Assembly (NCBI GenBank): GCA_965240325.2
Contig: OZ251226.1
Location: 1 to 64,000, forward strand
Length of the DNA: 64,000 nucleotides
Direction of reading: 5' to 3'
Source of the DNA: Rebecca billardiae RCC1528
Taxonomy: Eukaryota > Protista > Haptophyta
Shown piece after piece: positions 36,936 through 48,834 of the stretch. Below the pieces are notes generated by a model. The model ran no database searches. It was not told the origin of the DNA and saw only the letters and a list, made by a program, of their open reading frames with translations. A program made the position numbers and the translations under genes. Position 1 is the stretch's first letter. Every line of letters starts with the position of its first letter.

Positions 36936-37667
36936 CTGCGGCAGCCGCACGCTCACGGCGCGCAGCGCGGCGCGGAGGCGCGCGGCGCGGCGCGCGCGCG
37001 GGCGGATGCCGAGGACGTACAGCGCAGCCGCGCCCGCGCCGAGCGCGGAGACGCACGCCAGCGCGGCGAACGCGAGGAACGCGCGCGTGCGCAGCAGCGC
37101 CCACGCGCCGCCGCCGGCCGCGTCCGCGGGCGTCGCGCGCGCGCCGTCGGCCGCGCGCGCCGCCGCCGCGTCGGGCGCGACGCCGGCGTCGGCGGCGCGC
37201 TGGGCGAGCTTGCGCCGCAGGAAAGACGCGAGCGCCTGCGCGTCGTGCGCGCCCGTGTACCGCGTGAACCGTCCGGCGCTCCACAGCTTGAACGCGGGCG
37301 TCGAGCTCACCAGCCGCGCGGCGCACACGCTCGGCGTGCGCTCGCAGTCGACGGCGGCGACGAGGCCGCGGAACGCCGAGGCGAGGCGCGCGACGCCCGT
37401 CGCCAGCTGCGCCGTCTCCTCCTCGGCGCGGCGGTAGAAGAAGAGCAGCAGGAACGGCGCGCGCTGCGTCGCCCTCTCAAAGTCGAGCTCGCTGCCGAGC
37501 ACGGGCAGCCGCGCGGACGCGGCGGCGGAGGAGGAGGGCGGCTCGGCGGCGGCGGGCGGGCGCGCGGTGGCGGCGGGCTCGGACTCGGGCGCGCCGCTGG
37601 AGGACGCGCGCGCCGCCGCCGCCAGCGCGAGCAGCGCGAGCGCGCCGCGCGCCGCGACGTGGCGCAT
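35748..37667 (-). CDS. Signal peptide, thioredoxin-like domain (no CXXC), TM and dienelactone-hydrolase-like alpha/beta hydrolase
   Basis: FLLLFFY...VAAVDCERTPSVC...STPAFKLW...RYTGAHDAQALASF (PDI-like); ERVARRGY...RVGVLGLGEGGALA...LFVYG...HG...AWARLAAFLHEHL (DLH-like). Confidence 0.72.
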
Positions 37668-37857
37668 CGTGCCCCGCTGCGAAGCCTGGCTTCCGACGCG
37701 GCGGCCCACCCGCCCGGCGCGGTCGTCGATGAGATCTTCGTCCGGAGCGGGATGCAGCACAGCGGAGCAGCGGAGGGCGGACCAGGGCGCAGGCTGATCC
37801 GGACGCTGCTGCCCGCGAGCGGCGCAAGGACGGCCCGTGCGGGCGGCGGCGGGCGCC

Positions 37858-39192
37858 ATGCCGCAGCACGACGGCCGCGCGCGCGCGGGCGCGGGGCTCG
37901 CGCGCGCTGCCGCACCTCTCGCGCGCCCCGCGGCCGCGCGGCTCGCGCTGCTCGCGCTCGCGCGCGCGTCGCGGCGGCCGCCCGGCGCGCGCGGCGCGCT
38001 TTGCGCCGAGGTGCGCGCGCGAGGAGCGCGTGGACCGGCGCGCGGCGCGCCCCGCCGCGCTTGGCAGCACTCGCCCGCGCACGGGCGGCGCCGCGCCGCC
38101 GCGCGCGCCGCCGTGGCGGCGGCGGCGCTCCTCGCGGCCGCGTGGGCGCGCGGCGCGTCGGCGCTCGAGCCGGCGTCGGGCGCGCGCGCGGCGGCGCTGC
38201 TGCGCGCGCAGGCGGGCGACGTGCCGCGGCCGCTCGGCGCGCACTACTGGCGGCTGCACCACGCCTCGCTCGCCGCGCGCGCCGCCAACCTCTCCGCCTC
38301 CACCGCCGTGCTCGCGTACGGCTGCCTCGAGTGGTGCGACAAGTTTGGGCGCGCGTACCTGTGCGGCGGCTACCGCAAGGCGGCGCGCGGCGCGCTGGGC
38401 GGGCTGGCGGCCGAGCTGGGCGGCGCGTACGAGGGGCTGTGCTGCTCGGGCGACTCGACGCACGGCCAGCTCTGGGGCCTGCTCCGCAACGCCGAGCTGC
38501 CGCCGCGCCGCGCCCGAGGCCCCTCGGTGAGCCCCCTTCTCGTGCTGCTCGTCGTCTCCCCGTGGAACCTCTGGGTGCCGCCCGCCTCGGCGCACGAGCT
38601 GGCGGACGCGCGCCGCGCGACGGCGGGCGGCGCGGACGTCGCCGGCGGCGGCCCGGCCCACGGCGCCCGCCGCCGGCTCGGCGCGTACCCGCGCAGCACG
38701 CCCTCGCTCGCCAACCTGCTGGCGAACGGCACGGCGCACCTCGCGCCCGCGGCCGCGGCGTGGGTGGCGGGGATCGCACAGCTGGCGCGCGTGCTCGGCG
38801 CGCGCTTCGCCGGCGCGCGCGTGCTCGTGCTCGGGCCGATGCCCGTCGACCAGCCCGGCACGGCCGAGCGCCGGCTCATCGCCGCGGCCAACGCGGGCGC
38901 GGCGCGCGCGCTCGCGCGCGCGCGCCGCACGTCGTTTGTGCAGTGCGGCGGGCTGGTGCAGCGGCAGCCGGCGCGCGGCACGCCCGTCGGCCCGGACGCG
39001 CGGGGCGACATCGACTGCGCGCTCCTCGACTGCGAGCACGGCTACATCCTGCGCGTGCGCGCCGTGAAGCGCGTGCTCGCCGAGTGCGTCGTGCCGGCCG
39101 CGCGCGCGGCGCTGCGCGGCGAGCCGGTGCGCGACTTCCCCGAGGTGGCGCCGGCCGAGCCGCGCGGCACGGCGGCGTGGGCGCGCGGCTGA
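37858..39192 (+). CDS. SGNH/GDSL (PAF-acetylhydrolase-1B-like) fold protein, divergent
   Basis: CSGDSTHGQLWGLLRNAEL, LLVLLVVSPWNL, GIAQLARVLGARFAGARVLVLGPMP and LDCEH resemble PAF-AH1B blocks II, III and V; the start codon may lie further downstream. Confidence 0.55.
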   Translation: MPQHDGRARAGAGLARAAAPLARPAAARLALLALARASRRPPGARGALCAEVRARGARGPARGAPRRAWQHSPAHGRRRAAARAAVAAAALLAAAWARGASALEPASGARAAALLRAQAGDVPRPLGAHYWRLHHASLAARAANLSASTAVLAYGCLEWCDKFGRAYLCGGYRKAARGALGGLAAELGGAYEGLCCSGDSTHGQLWGLLRNAELPPRRARGPSVSPLLVLLVVSPWNLWVPPASAHELADARRATAGGADVAGGGPAHGARRRLGAYPRSTPSLANLLANGTAHLAPAAAAWVAGIAQLARVLGARFAGARVLVLGPMPVDQPGTAERRLIAAANAGAARALARARRTSFVQCGGLVQRQPARGTPVGPDARGDIDCALLDCEHGYILRVRAVKRVLAECVVPAARAALRGEPVRDFPEVAPAEPRGTAAWARG

Positions 39193-39692
39193 TGGGGTAG
39201 GTCGGCGTGCGCGCGCCGCGCGGCCTCGGCACTCGTAGGAGGCTCCCTCTTCACTGTGGCGCGTCGCGCACGGCCTCGCGCACGGCCGGCCGCCATCGCT
39301 GCTCGATGAACTGCGATCTAGGATGATCGAGGAGAGGTTCTCAATTGCATGCATAGTAGGAATAACGGCAAATTAAGCCCCGTAATCAGCCCGCGGCGAA
39401 GCGGCACTCGCCCTATGCCGTTGCGGGCTATCGCGGTTGCCGCTTGGGGCGCGCGAGCGCTGCTCACGTAGCTTTGACCATTTGCTTTTGACGCGCGTTT
39501 GAACCAGTGCGCACCGGCGAGTTGCGGCCACGTGCGGACGCGACTGAGATTCGAGAATCCCGCGCTGCTTTGGAGAGCGCTGCTGCGCACCCGGCGGCTT
39601 GCACGCAGGAGCCACCGCCCGCCCACCGGCAAGCCCTCCCCCGCCCTCCGGCAGGCGGCGCTCCGAGCCGGCGCAGCGCTCGAGGGTCGTCG

Positions 39693-41631
39693 ATGGCTCC
39701 CGCGTGCGCGCTCGTCGTCGGCGCCGCTTTCGCCCTCCTCCTCGCCGCCGAGCGCGCGCACGGCGCGGCGCCGTCCGCGTACACCGCGCGCCGCGGCGCG
39801 CACCTCGGCGGCGGCGTGCGCGCGCGGCGCGCGTCCGCGCTGCGCGCGACGACGACGGTGCCGCCGCCCGCCACCTCGCCCTCCGCCGACGACGACGACG
39901 TCGCGGCCATGCTCCCGCTCGACGCGGCCGAGCCGATGCGCGTCGGGCTGATCGTCGAGCCCACGCCGTTCACGCACATCTCGGGGTACGCCAACCGCTT
40001 CAACGAGATGCTGCGCTTCCTGCGCCGCGCGGGCGACGACGTGTCGATCGTGACGCCGGACGACACGTCGGAGGCGCCGGAGGAGGCGCACGGCTACAAG
40101 ATCACCACCGTCTCGGGCTTCCGCTTCCCGCTGTACCCCATCTGCCTGAGCGTCGACCCGGACTGCGGCGCGAAGCGGATGGTGGAGACGCACCGGCCGA
40201 CGATCCTGCACTCGTCCTCGCCCTCGTTCCTGATGAGCGTGTCGATCGCGCTCTCGTGGCTGTACCGGCTGCCGCTCATGCTCTCGTACCACACGCACCT
40301 GCCCGTGTACGCGCGCGAGTACCTGCGCCCGATCAACTGGTTCGGCTGGCTGGAGAAGGCGGCGTGGGCGTTCATCCGGTGGCAGCACAACCAGGCGGAC
40401 CTCACGCTCACCACCTCGCCGCAGCTGGCGCAGGAGCTGCGGGAGAACGGCGTGCGCAACGTGGAGGTGTGGCCCAAGGGCGTCGACACCATCAAGTTCT
40501 CGCCCGAGTACCGCTCCGCCGCGATGCGCGAGCGGCTGGGCGGCGTGGACGCGGCCACTGGCGCGGAGGTGCCGCTGCTGCTGTACGTGGGGCGCGTGTG
40601 CGAGAGCAAGCGCATCCAGCAGCTCAAGGCCACGCTCAGGGACGTGCCCAACGCGCGGCTCGCGATCGTCGGCGGCGGGCCCTCGCTCCCGCGCATGGAG
40701 GAGACCTTCGCCGCCGAGGTCGGCGCGGGCCGCGTGCGCTTCCTCGGCATCATGCGCGGCGCCGAGCTCAGCGCCGCGTTCGCCTCTGCGGACGTGTTTG
40801 TGCTGCCCTCCGACTCGGAGACGCTCGGCTTTGTCGTGCTCGAGAGCATGGTCAGCGCACGCGCACATGCGCGCGCGGCGCCCGGCGTGCGGCGCCGCGC
40901 CGCGCTCACCGCCGCGCCCCCTCCCTCCGCCCCGGCCCCGCGTCCGCAGGCGTCGGGCGTGCCGCCGGTGGGCGTGCGCGCGGGCGGCGTGCCCGGCCTG
41001 GTCTCGCACGGCGAGACGGGCCTGCTGGCCGCGCCCGGCGACGAGGGCGCGGCCGAGTTCACCGAGCACGTGCGCACGCTGCTGCAGGACCGGCCGCTGC
41101 GCGAGGCGATGGGCAAGGCCGCCCGCGCCGAGGCGGAGCGCTGGTCCTGGGAGGCCGCCACCGCCAAGCTGCGCAACGACAAATACACAAAAGCCATCGC
41201 GCGGCACCGCAAGGCGATGGAGGCGGCCGGCATCGAGTCCGGGCTGGTGCGGCCGCGCACGTGGCCGAGGCCGGTGGTGTGGGCGGTCACGGGGTACATC
41301 CTGCTGCGGGTGCGCGCGCGGCCGCGACCGCCGCGCGACGGCGCGCACGCCGCGCGCCGCTCGCCGCGCCGGCCGCTCCCTCGCGCGCGCACGCGCCCGC
41401 CCGCTCACGGCCGTCCCCCCTCCCCCCGTCTGTCTCCCGCCCACCCGCCCGCCCGCCCGCCCTCGCGCGCGCGCTCAGACATACTTCAACATGATCACCG
41501 AGGGCCTGCTGCAGCACCTGCCCGTGGCGATGGCGCGCTCCGCGTTCAACTGCGCGCGCGCGGCCGTGCGCGGCGTGTGCTCGCCGCTCGGGCGCATCTT
41601 TGCGCCCTCGCGCCGCCTCAGCCCCGGCTGA
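39693..41631 (+). CDS. SQD2: Sulfoquinovosyltransferase (sulfolipid synthase, GT4), plastid-targeted (3 exons)
   Basis: MRVGLIVEPTPFTHISGYANRF, SYHTHLPVY, WPKGVDT, LLYVGR, DVFVLPSDSETLGFVVLESM/ASGVP; signal plus transit-like N-terminus. Confidence 0.92.
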
Positions 41632-42212
41632 GACCGGCCGCGGCACGCGCGCCCGTCGCGCGTCGCGTCGGCGCGCGTCGGCGATCCGGCCCCCTCCTCA
41701 GCGCCCCCGAGCTCTCGCCCCGCTCTCGGACACTCTCTCGACGCGGCTTGCCCGGGCGCGGGCAGGTTGCACGCATCGGCGGTGGCCGCCCGCTCACCCA
41801 GGCTCCAAGATCGCGCGCCCGCGGCGCGCGGAGTCTCGGTCTCGGGCCGCGCCGTGGCGGCGACACCGGCTCCGTTCCGACGGCAGTTGTCGCGGCACTA
41901 GCTAGCACGACGGTTCGGAGCGGCAGCCGTAGTTGCTCATCATCATCACTCATCAAGTCATCAGAGGCGCGGCTCGTCATATCACGACCATCGTCAGTGC
42001 CTTGTCGCTCAGGTTAGCATCAGCCTCCGCAGCGCTCCCAGTTGAAGCGCCCGAGGCGCCTTAGTCGACGTCAGAGTAGCTAGCAGTCGTCGTTTACTCT
42101 CATCAGGCTGCGGATCTACTAGTAGCCGTAGGCTGCCGCGCAAAAATCAGGGCAAATGCATACAAAGCGCTGCTTTCATATACGCTAAATTTGGCTTTCG
42201 CTGGGTGAAACG

Positions 42213-42286
42213 GCACATGTGGCGTAGTTGGTTAACGCATCGGTCCTATGAGCCGGAGATCGTGGGTTCGAGACCCTCCATGTGCA
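42213..42286 (+). tRNA. tRNA-Ile (anticodon UAU), intronless
   Basis: Cloverleaf: acceptor GCACATG/CATGTGC, D-arm GCGT/ACGC, anticodon arm TCGGT-CCTATGA-GCCGG, T-arm GTGGG-TTCGAGA-CCCTC; TTTTT at 42296-42300. Confidence 0.85.
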
Positions 42287-43197
42287 AAAAGGTGGTTTTT
42301 CTCCTCACTCGCGTGCCGTGCCGTCCACTGTGCGCTCGGGCGGCCGCCGCCCGTGCCGCGCGCCGTCGCCTCTCCGCACGTCTCCCCATCGGAGGCACGA
42401 GGTAGGTAGATGCGCCCCTCAGCGCCGCGGGCTCTCAGAGCCGGCCCGGCCGCGGCGAGCGGCGGCGGCGCCAGTCTTGGGCCGCGCTGCGCACTCTCGC
42501 TGACCCTCTGACGGTCCGCTCGATTCCGCGCGTGGTGCGCAGTGACGCATCGTACTGGCGTGCCCCGCCCATGACGTTGCGTTCGACAGTGGAGCCACCC
42601 CGGGCCAGCGGCGGGGCGCGTAGTGCGTCGCACATCCAGGCGTGGGTCTGTGAACTGCTGTGGGAGACTGCATCGCGCTCGGTCGGCAGCGCCGGCTGCG
42701 CCGAGCTGCGCCGATGCGAGGCAGGGGCCGAGCGCACACGGCAAGCCCCGCTTGAATATAGGCGGAGACGTGCTCGCAACCTGCAGGATAGCTGGCTTCG
42801 TTCAGGCCAGTGGCGCCAGGCTCCACCGCTCAGGCGCTGCTCGGCCTGGCGGCACACGGTCGGCCGCCACCGCTGCCCGGGGCGTGGTTGCACGCACAGT
42901 GTTTGCGACGGTCGCGCAGGCGCCGCAGCAGGCCGTCGCCTAGTGGGCGATGCGTGGCCACTGCTTGTCCCCGGGGCCGCTAGCCGCCGCGATGGCCCGA
43001 TCAAGCAGGCCTGATTGCTCATCGAGGCGCGCTCGCCGCCATCGTGCAGTGGAATGATCGCTCGCGGAGTCGCGCAGAGACGCGGGACCTCGCCGTCCCG
43101 GTCGGGCCTCGGCCGATTTGCATTTATTTTGCCGCCGGCGGCAATAAATGACGGGCAAGCCCGCTGCCCGCACCAAAAGCCGCAAGACGCAGTGCTC

Positions 43198-43848
43198 ATG
43201 GCGGCGCGTCCGAGACGGCGGCGGGAAGGGCGCGGCGCGCTCGCGCTCGCGCTGCTCGCCGCGACGCTGGTGGGCCCGGGCGCGCGCGGGCTGCACCACG
43301 AGGTGACGCACGACCTAGGCCACGGCGCGAGCGTGACGCACGAGCCCATCGAGGTGCTGCCGCGCCTGTACATCTCGGGCGCGCTGCCGGCGGCCAACGC
43401 GTCCGTAATCGCGCGGCTCTCGATCAAGGCGGTGGTGAACGCGGCGGTGGTGGACGGCGCGCCGTCGCCGTTCCGGGGAGGCGCGCTGGAGTACCTCGAG
43501 CTGCAGCTCATCGACGCGGACTGCCCGCTCCCCACCTGCCAGCTCACGCCCGAGCAGCTGAGCGAGGTGTCGGCCTTCATCTCGCGCGGCCTCGCGGCCG
43601 CGCCCGGCGCGGGCGTGCTCGTGCACTGCCTGCGCGGGCAGAGCCGATCGGCGTCGCTGGTGCTCGCGTACCTGGTGCACGCGCTCAAGTACACCCTGGT
43701 CGACGCGATCCGCACGCTCTCCTCCGCCCACCCGTCCGCGCGCCCCAACCACGGGCTGATGCGCGCGCTGATTGCTCTCGAGGAGCGCACGCACGGCGGC
43801 GCCACGCTCGACCGCGCCGACTTCCCGCCGCCCATCTTGCTGGGCTGA
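43198..43848 (+). CDS. Dual-specificity protein phosphatase with an N-terminal signal or anchor
   Basis: PIEVLPRLYISG, VLVHCLRGQSRSASLVLAYL (HCx5R), ARPNHGLMRAL. Confidence 0.9.
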   Translation: MAARPRRRREGRGALALALLAATLVGPGARGLHHEVTHDLGHGASVTHEPIEVLPRLYISGALPAANASVIARLSIKAVVNAAVVDGAPSPFRGGALEYLELQLIDADCPLPTCQLTPEQLSEVSAFISRGLAAAPGAGVLVHCLRGQSRSASLVLAYLVHALKYTLVDAIRTLSSAHPSARPNHGLMRALIALEERTHGGATLDRADFPPPILLG

Positions 43849-44356
43849 GCGGGGCGAGGCGCGGCTGGCGGCGCGGCTGGCTGGCCTGCGTGGCTGGCTC
43901 GGCGCCAGTGCGCCCGCCGCGGCGTCGCGGCCGAGGGCCGTCGCCCGGCGGGCACGCAGCACTGCGCGCCACCCGCACTCGAGCCACAGCGTCAGCAGCA
44001 GCGGGTGCAGCGTGCGCGCTGGCCCATGTCGCGCCGCGTCTGCTGAGGCGGTCTGCGGCTCGTCGATCGCGGCGGCGCGAGCCGCGATGCGACGGCGGCA
44101 TCACTGCCGTCGTCCGCGTGGCCTCACAGCCGCTGGCAGTGTAGCTGAGCGCGATCACGACCCGCCTTCTGGACGCTGCCTGACTGCCTCCTCACGCCCG
44201 GCACGCGGACCATACAGCTCGTCAGCACTCATGACTCAGCACTCGTCAGCAGACAGCAGTGCCGCGAGCCAGCATGCCAGACAGCCAATCAAAGTGTCAT
44301 CAGTTTATTATTCGGCATGAATGCTGCTGAGGCAGTTATGCACCGTCTACGTATGA

Positions 44357-47300
44357 GACAGGTTGCACGGAAAAATGACCGCTCGCGACTGACAGATGTT
44401 ACATTCACAGTGGACGCGACCTGTCCACCCGTCTTTCGGTACATCACGCCCGTCCCATGGCGGCCGGCGCGTGGCGCGAGTGCTTGGAAACGGAGGAGCA
44501 CACGAAGGTCGTCCGTTTCCGACCTTCGCCGCCACGGCCCGCCTCTTCGTTCGCGCGCAATCGGTACCACAGTCTGGTGCCCAGAATTCCTCTCACTCCC
44601 GCGTTGGCAGTGGCGCGAAGCCGAAGCGCATCGGGAAGAAGCACGAGGTGACCTGGATACAGGTGGTATATAGAGCCTTCAAGGAGGCTGCCGTCGCGAA
44701 CGATCAGGATGCACCGGTTGCCGTATGCGCGTGCACCCTTGCACGAACGTGTGCTGGTCTCCTGCTGCACTGCTCATACCGTACGCACGAGCGCGCAAGC
44801 GTGCGCACGCGCTCAGGTGGCTCGGACCACACGCGCGAGTGCTTGTGAAGCTCGCCTCACGAGGCCTTCGTGGAAGAAGGCGGGCAAGCGGAGCGCGCTA
44901 AGGAAGCAGAAGAAGATGCTCGCCAAACGCGTCCAGCGCGCGAGGGTGAAGCTTGCTACGGCGCGCGTGGCCTCTGCTGTTGCAGCTCAGGCCGCTGCTC
45001 CGGCCGTGCAGGCGTCTGGCGCGGGGTCCTCGGACAAGCAGGCGAACGCTGGGCAGTCTGCCTTTGCCGCCGGAAAGAAGTATCGGAAACGCACACATTT
45101 GGTCGTGCGCGTGGTGCGCTCGCGCGCCGTGACGCAGCAAGCAGGCGATCCTTGCGCCTCGCTGACGCTCGCTCAGCAGGCCGAGGCGACGAGCGCGGCG
45201 CTCGACCACGCCGACAGGCACGCCCTGAGCGAGGGGGAAGGCACCTTTGGAGACAGCACTAGGCACTCGACGTTGAGTATGCCATTGATCGCGCGCGCGT
45301 GTGATCACGGCAGCAAGACTAAGTCGCGCGAGGTGGAGTAGGCGGTAGCGCGCCTCTTCGCCGCATCATCTGCAGCTGACTGGCGTGCACCCACCAGCTC
45401 GCTCACCGGCTCACGTGGCGCGCGGCAGCCGGTCGGCTTCCACCCTGTTCGCACAGCGCGGCGCCGGCTGCACCGCCCGTTCCGCTGGACGCCGGCTCGC
45501 TCGTCGTTGACGACTTCTTCTTCAATCCGGTCGCGCGGGCGCGGTGATGGTACACTCCGGCAGGCAGAGTGCGGCGCACTATCTGATGCTCTATGCGTGC
45601 GCGTGGCTTTCTGCACGACGTCGACTCAGGCTGCTACGTGTGCTGGCAGTCCAGCTCGAGGCGGAGGTTGCCAGGGCTCGCCCAAGGTCGAGACTGTCTT
45701 GCGTGTGATAGATCGCCGAGGTGCGGCCGCAGGGTGCTCGCTGGCTGATTCCTGACGATGACGAGGAGTTGCGCGCCGTCGCAACCTCTCGCACGCCATG
45801 ACAGTCACTACTACACTAGCCTCAGTGCGGTGCCGCGAGTGACCGAGTCGAGCGGATGACGCTCGTGGCGGCTGTTCTTCAAATGACGCGGTCGGGCCCT
45901 TGGCGAGCTCGGGAAGAGGGCTCGGCCTGCTACATGTGCCGTCAGTAGTCACGCACAAACCGTGCGCAAGACCAGTTGCTGAGTCGTCCATGGCGCGGCA
46001 GCAACCGGGCCGCACCCGCGAGGGCACCGTGGGCGGGCAGCCATGCTCCGAAGTAGGGGGGCCAAACCGCCCATTTAAAAATGAAAAGCAAAGTCGCGTC
46101 GCATTTTCGCTCCGCCCTCGGCCTTTTAGGGTGGCGCGGAGCCTTTTTCTCGGACCTCGCTCGAAAATCGAGCTCCGACGCCTTCGGGCGCTCAGAGCTC
46201 GGTTCCGCTCCAGCACGAGCGGCCGGAGGCAGTGGACCGCCGCGCGCTCGCGACCTTTGAGACGCCGAGATGGTCTCGGGTGCGCGCGCGCGTGACGCTG
46301 GTGGGCGCTACTGACCCGTGCCTTTGCGCCACCAGCGGCTCACCACCCGCTTCTTGGCCACCTCGCGCCGTGCGCGGCGCGCGTCGGCCGGCTTGAATTG
46401 GTGCGCTGCGTACGCCCGCTACGCTACCGCACGGTGTGGCGCATGATCAACTCGGACCAATGAGATCGATGCTCGGACCAATCGTCCATGTATGTCTGTG
46501 AATGCCCAGCTCGCCTAACCTGCCCTACTGCGCCGGAATCGCCGTCAGCAGACCGGCGCGAGCTCGCGCACAGCACCTCCGCGGAGCTCGCAAGTGTCAT
46601 GTTCCGCTTGTAGGGCCCGTGTTTGCACCTGCCGTGGCACTTGCGATGGTCAGTACGTTGGGTATGGGTCACGTGTGCCCTCTGATGGCGTCTGGGCGCC
46701 TCCCATTCGCCTCTCAGGACGTCGCGGACGTGCTCGCAGGCAGCGGTTGGCTCATTCGACAGGTCCGACGTGCACTCGACCGTGCCTGCAAGCGCGCCCC
46801 TGTGACGCTCATGCCTGCAGAAGCAGATGCAGATGGGCCCTCATGCACCCTGGTGCGCCCAAGACCGGCGGGAGCGTCAGAGACCGTCTCAATCTTGACA
46901 CCTTGCACACGCCGGCGCTTGCCGTTGGGCTCCGCGCAGCCAGCCAGGAGCGCCGAACAACGCCGGATCAGCCTCTGTAGGCCGAATATCCGCCCCTAAG
47001 CCCAGAAATAGCGCGGAACAGGGTAGTGCGTACCTATGTGGACCAATCCCATCCAGCCTGGTTTGGTGCAGACACGCCAGCCACCGCCTGGAGCAGACGT
47101 TTGCTGCCGAATCGCATGCTCGGCACTGTGCCGCACTGCGACGACGACAGATTTGACCTGCCTCGTAGGTCTCGGCCAGGGAGCGGTGACGGTTGGCTCG
47201 AGTGACTTTAAACCGTGACTATGACCGAGAGCACTCCCGGGCTGAGGACGTGGGGCCGGTGCTTTGGGTCTAATATGTCTGCAATACGCCGTACGCGTGG

Positions 47301-47839
47301 CCGTATACACAGTCTGAAAACGTATCTCGCAGCTCGAGATCAGATGAGGCTGTATTCATCAGCATGGCGCCTATATACACAGTGGGTATGTAACGATCGG
47401 TGGCTTCTAGGAAACTACATATTTGACAGCCTGCCAGTACACAGCCTATATCGCATGTTGGGACCTGCTGCTGCTGGGGACTCAGAACGATCTCGCTGAG
47501 ATGCTCTAACAAAGTGAGGTCGACATGGTCTATATGTCACATATAGGACGACCGTTACATGCCGTTTCCAATAAGTTCAGGCTCATTCTAATAAGTAAAT
47601 ATGCTAGCCGTTACGCCCTATATTCAGGGTATGTGCACCTGATTTTTTTTACATGGCCGGCCCAGACCCCTCCAGAGGGCAAATGATCCAGCCCGAAATC
47701 AGCTCTAAACACTCGCTAGGACCCGCGCTCGTGGCCGTCAGTAACGCTACAGTGCCACTTTGGCCCCCCTATCCGAAGGGCCGAAATGTAACCGAACGTC
47801 GAACGAACACCAAGGAGTCACTTTCCCGTGCAACCTGTC
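44357..47839. mobile_element. 3.48-kb TIR DNA transposon with a 4-bp TSD (ATGA), internally degenerate
   Basis: GACAGGTTGCACGGAAAAATGAC (44357-44379) versus the reverse complement of 47817-47839, GACAGGTTGCACGGGAAAGTGAC (21/23); ATGA at 44353-44356 and 47840-47843; subterminal GTTACATT at both ends. Confidence 0.82.
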
Positions 47840-47894
47840 ATGACTACATATGTGGCAGCACACATCAGCATATATCATATTATATGATGCCGCG

Positions 47895-48040
<146 letters not shown>

Positions 48041-48834
48041 CGCTACTCGTACTATAAGTTCGACGAGTACTCGGCCATCCCCGATCCCGGTCCGAGACTC
48101 AGCGGCGCAGCGCCTGGGCCGCCTGTGGCGGCCCGTCGCGGCGGGCGAGTCCCCGACGCAGCGGCGGCGGCATCGGGCGGACGGCGGCCGGTCAGGCCCG
48201 GACGAGGCCCGCGGCCGGGCGGGGCCGGCGGGCGGCGGCAGCCGCGAGTGCAGCCGCCGAGCCGGAGCCGGAGGCGTGGTGCGTGGCGCGAGTCGCGTCG
48301 GCGCCGCACACCGCGCACACGGCGCACCCGGACGCACGCTCTCGGCCTCGCCTGCACTTGTTCATGTTGGCGTTCACGCCGCACTCGGCATGTCAATGTG
48401 CTGGGAGTGAGGCCTGCTCGACGCCGGGCGCCAATTGCCAGTTGTCCGCCGCCAACTCGCCGCCGCAGCGGCTCCGGCAAGCGCCCGGCGTGAGCGGGGC
48501 TGACGGGGCAGCCCGGCAACTCACCGCCTCACTCCGACTGCTTGAGTTAGGATGGACCGAATCCGCATCGTCACGATTCACACGGCAGGCAGCAGTGAGC
48601 CCACGAGGGCGCGGCGGCACGCCGCACACCGGGGCGGAGCCGGCGGCCTCTGGCAGAGGCCCCGGCTGCCAGCCCTCACAGCAGCCCTCACTGACACAGA
48701 CAGACAGTAGACAGACACAGTCACGCAGTCACTCACCTGACACCTCCGCGGTCCTTCCTTCAGTGCAGACAGTGGGCGGGGCTCCCCCACCCACCCGCTC
48801 ACACGGTGCGTCACACGGTGCGTCACACGCTGAG

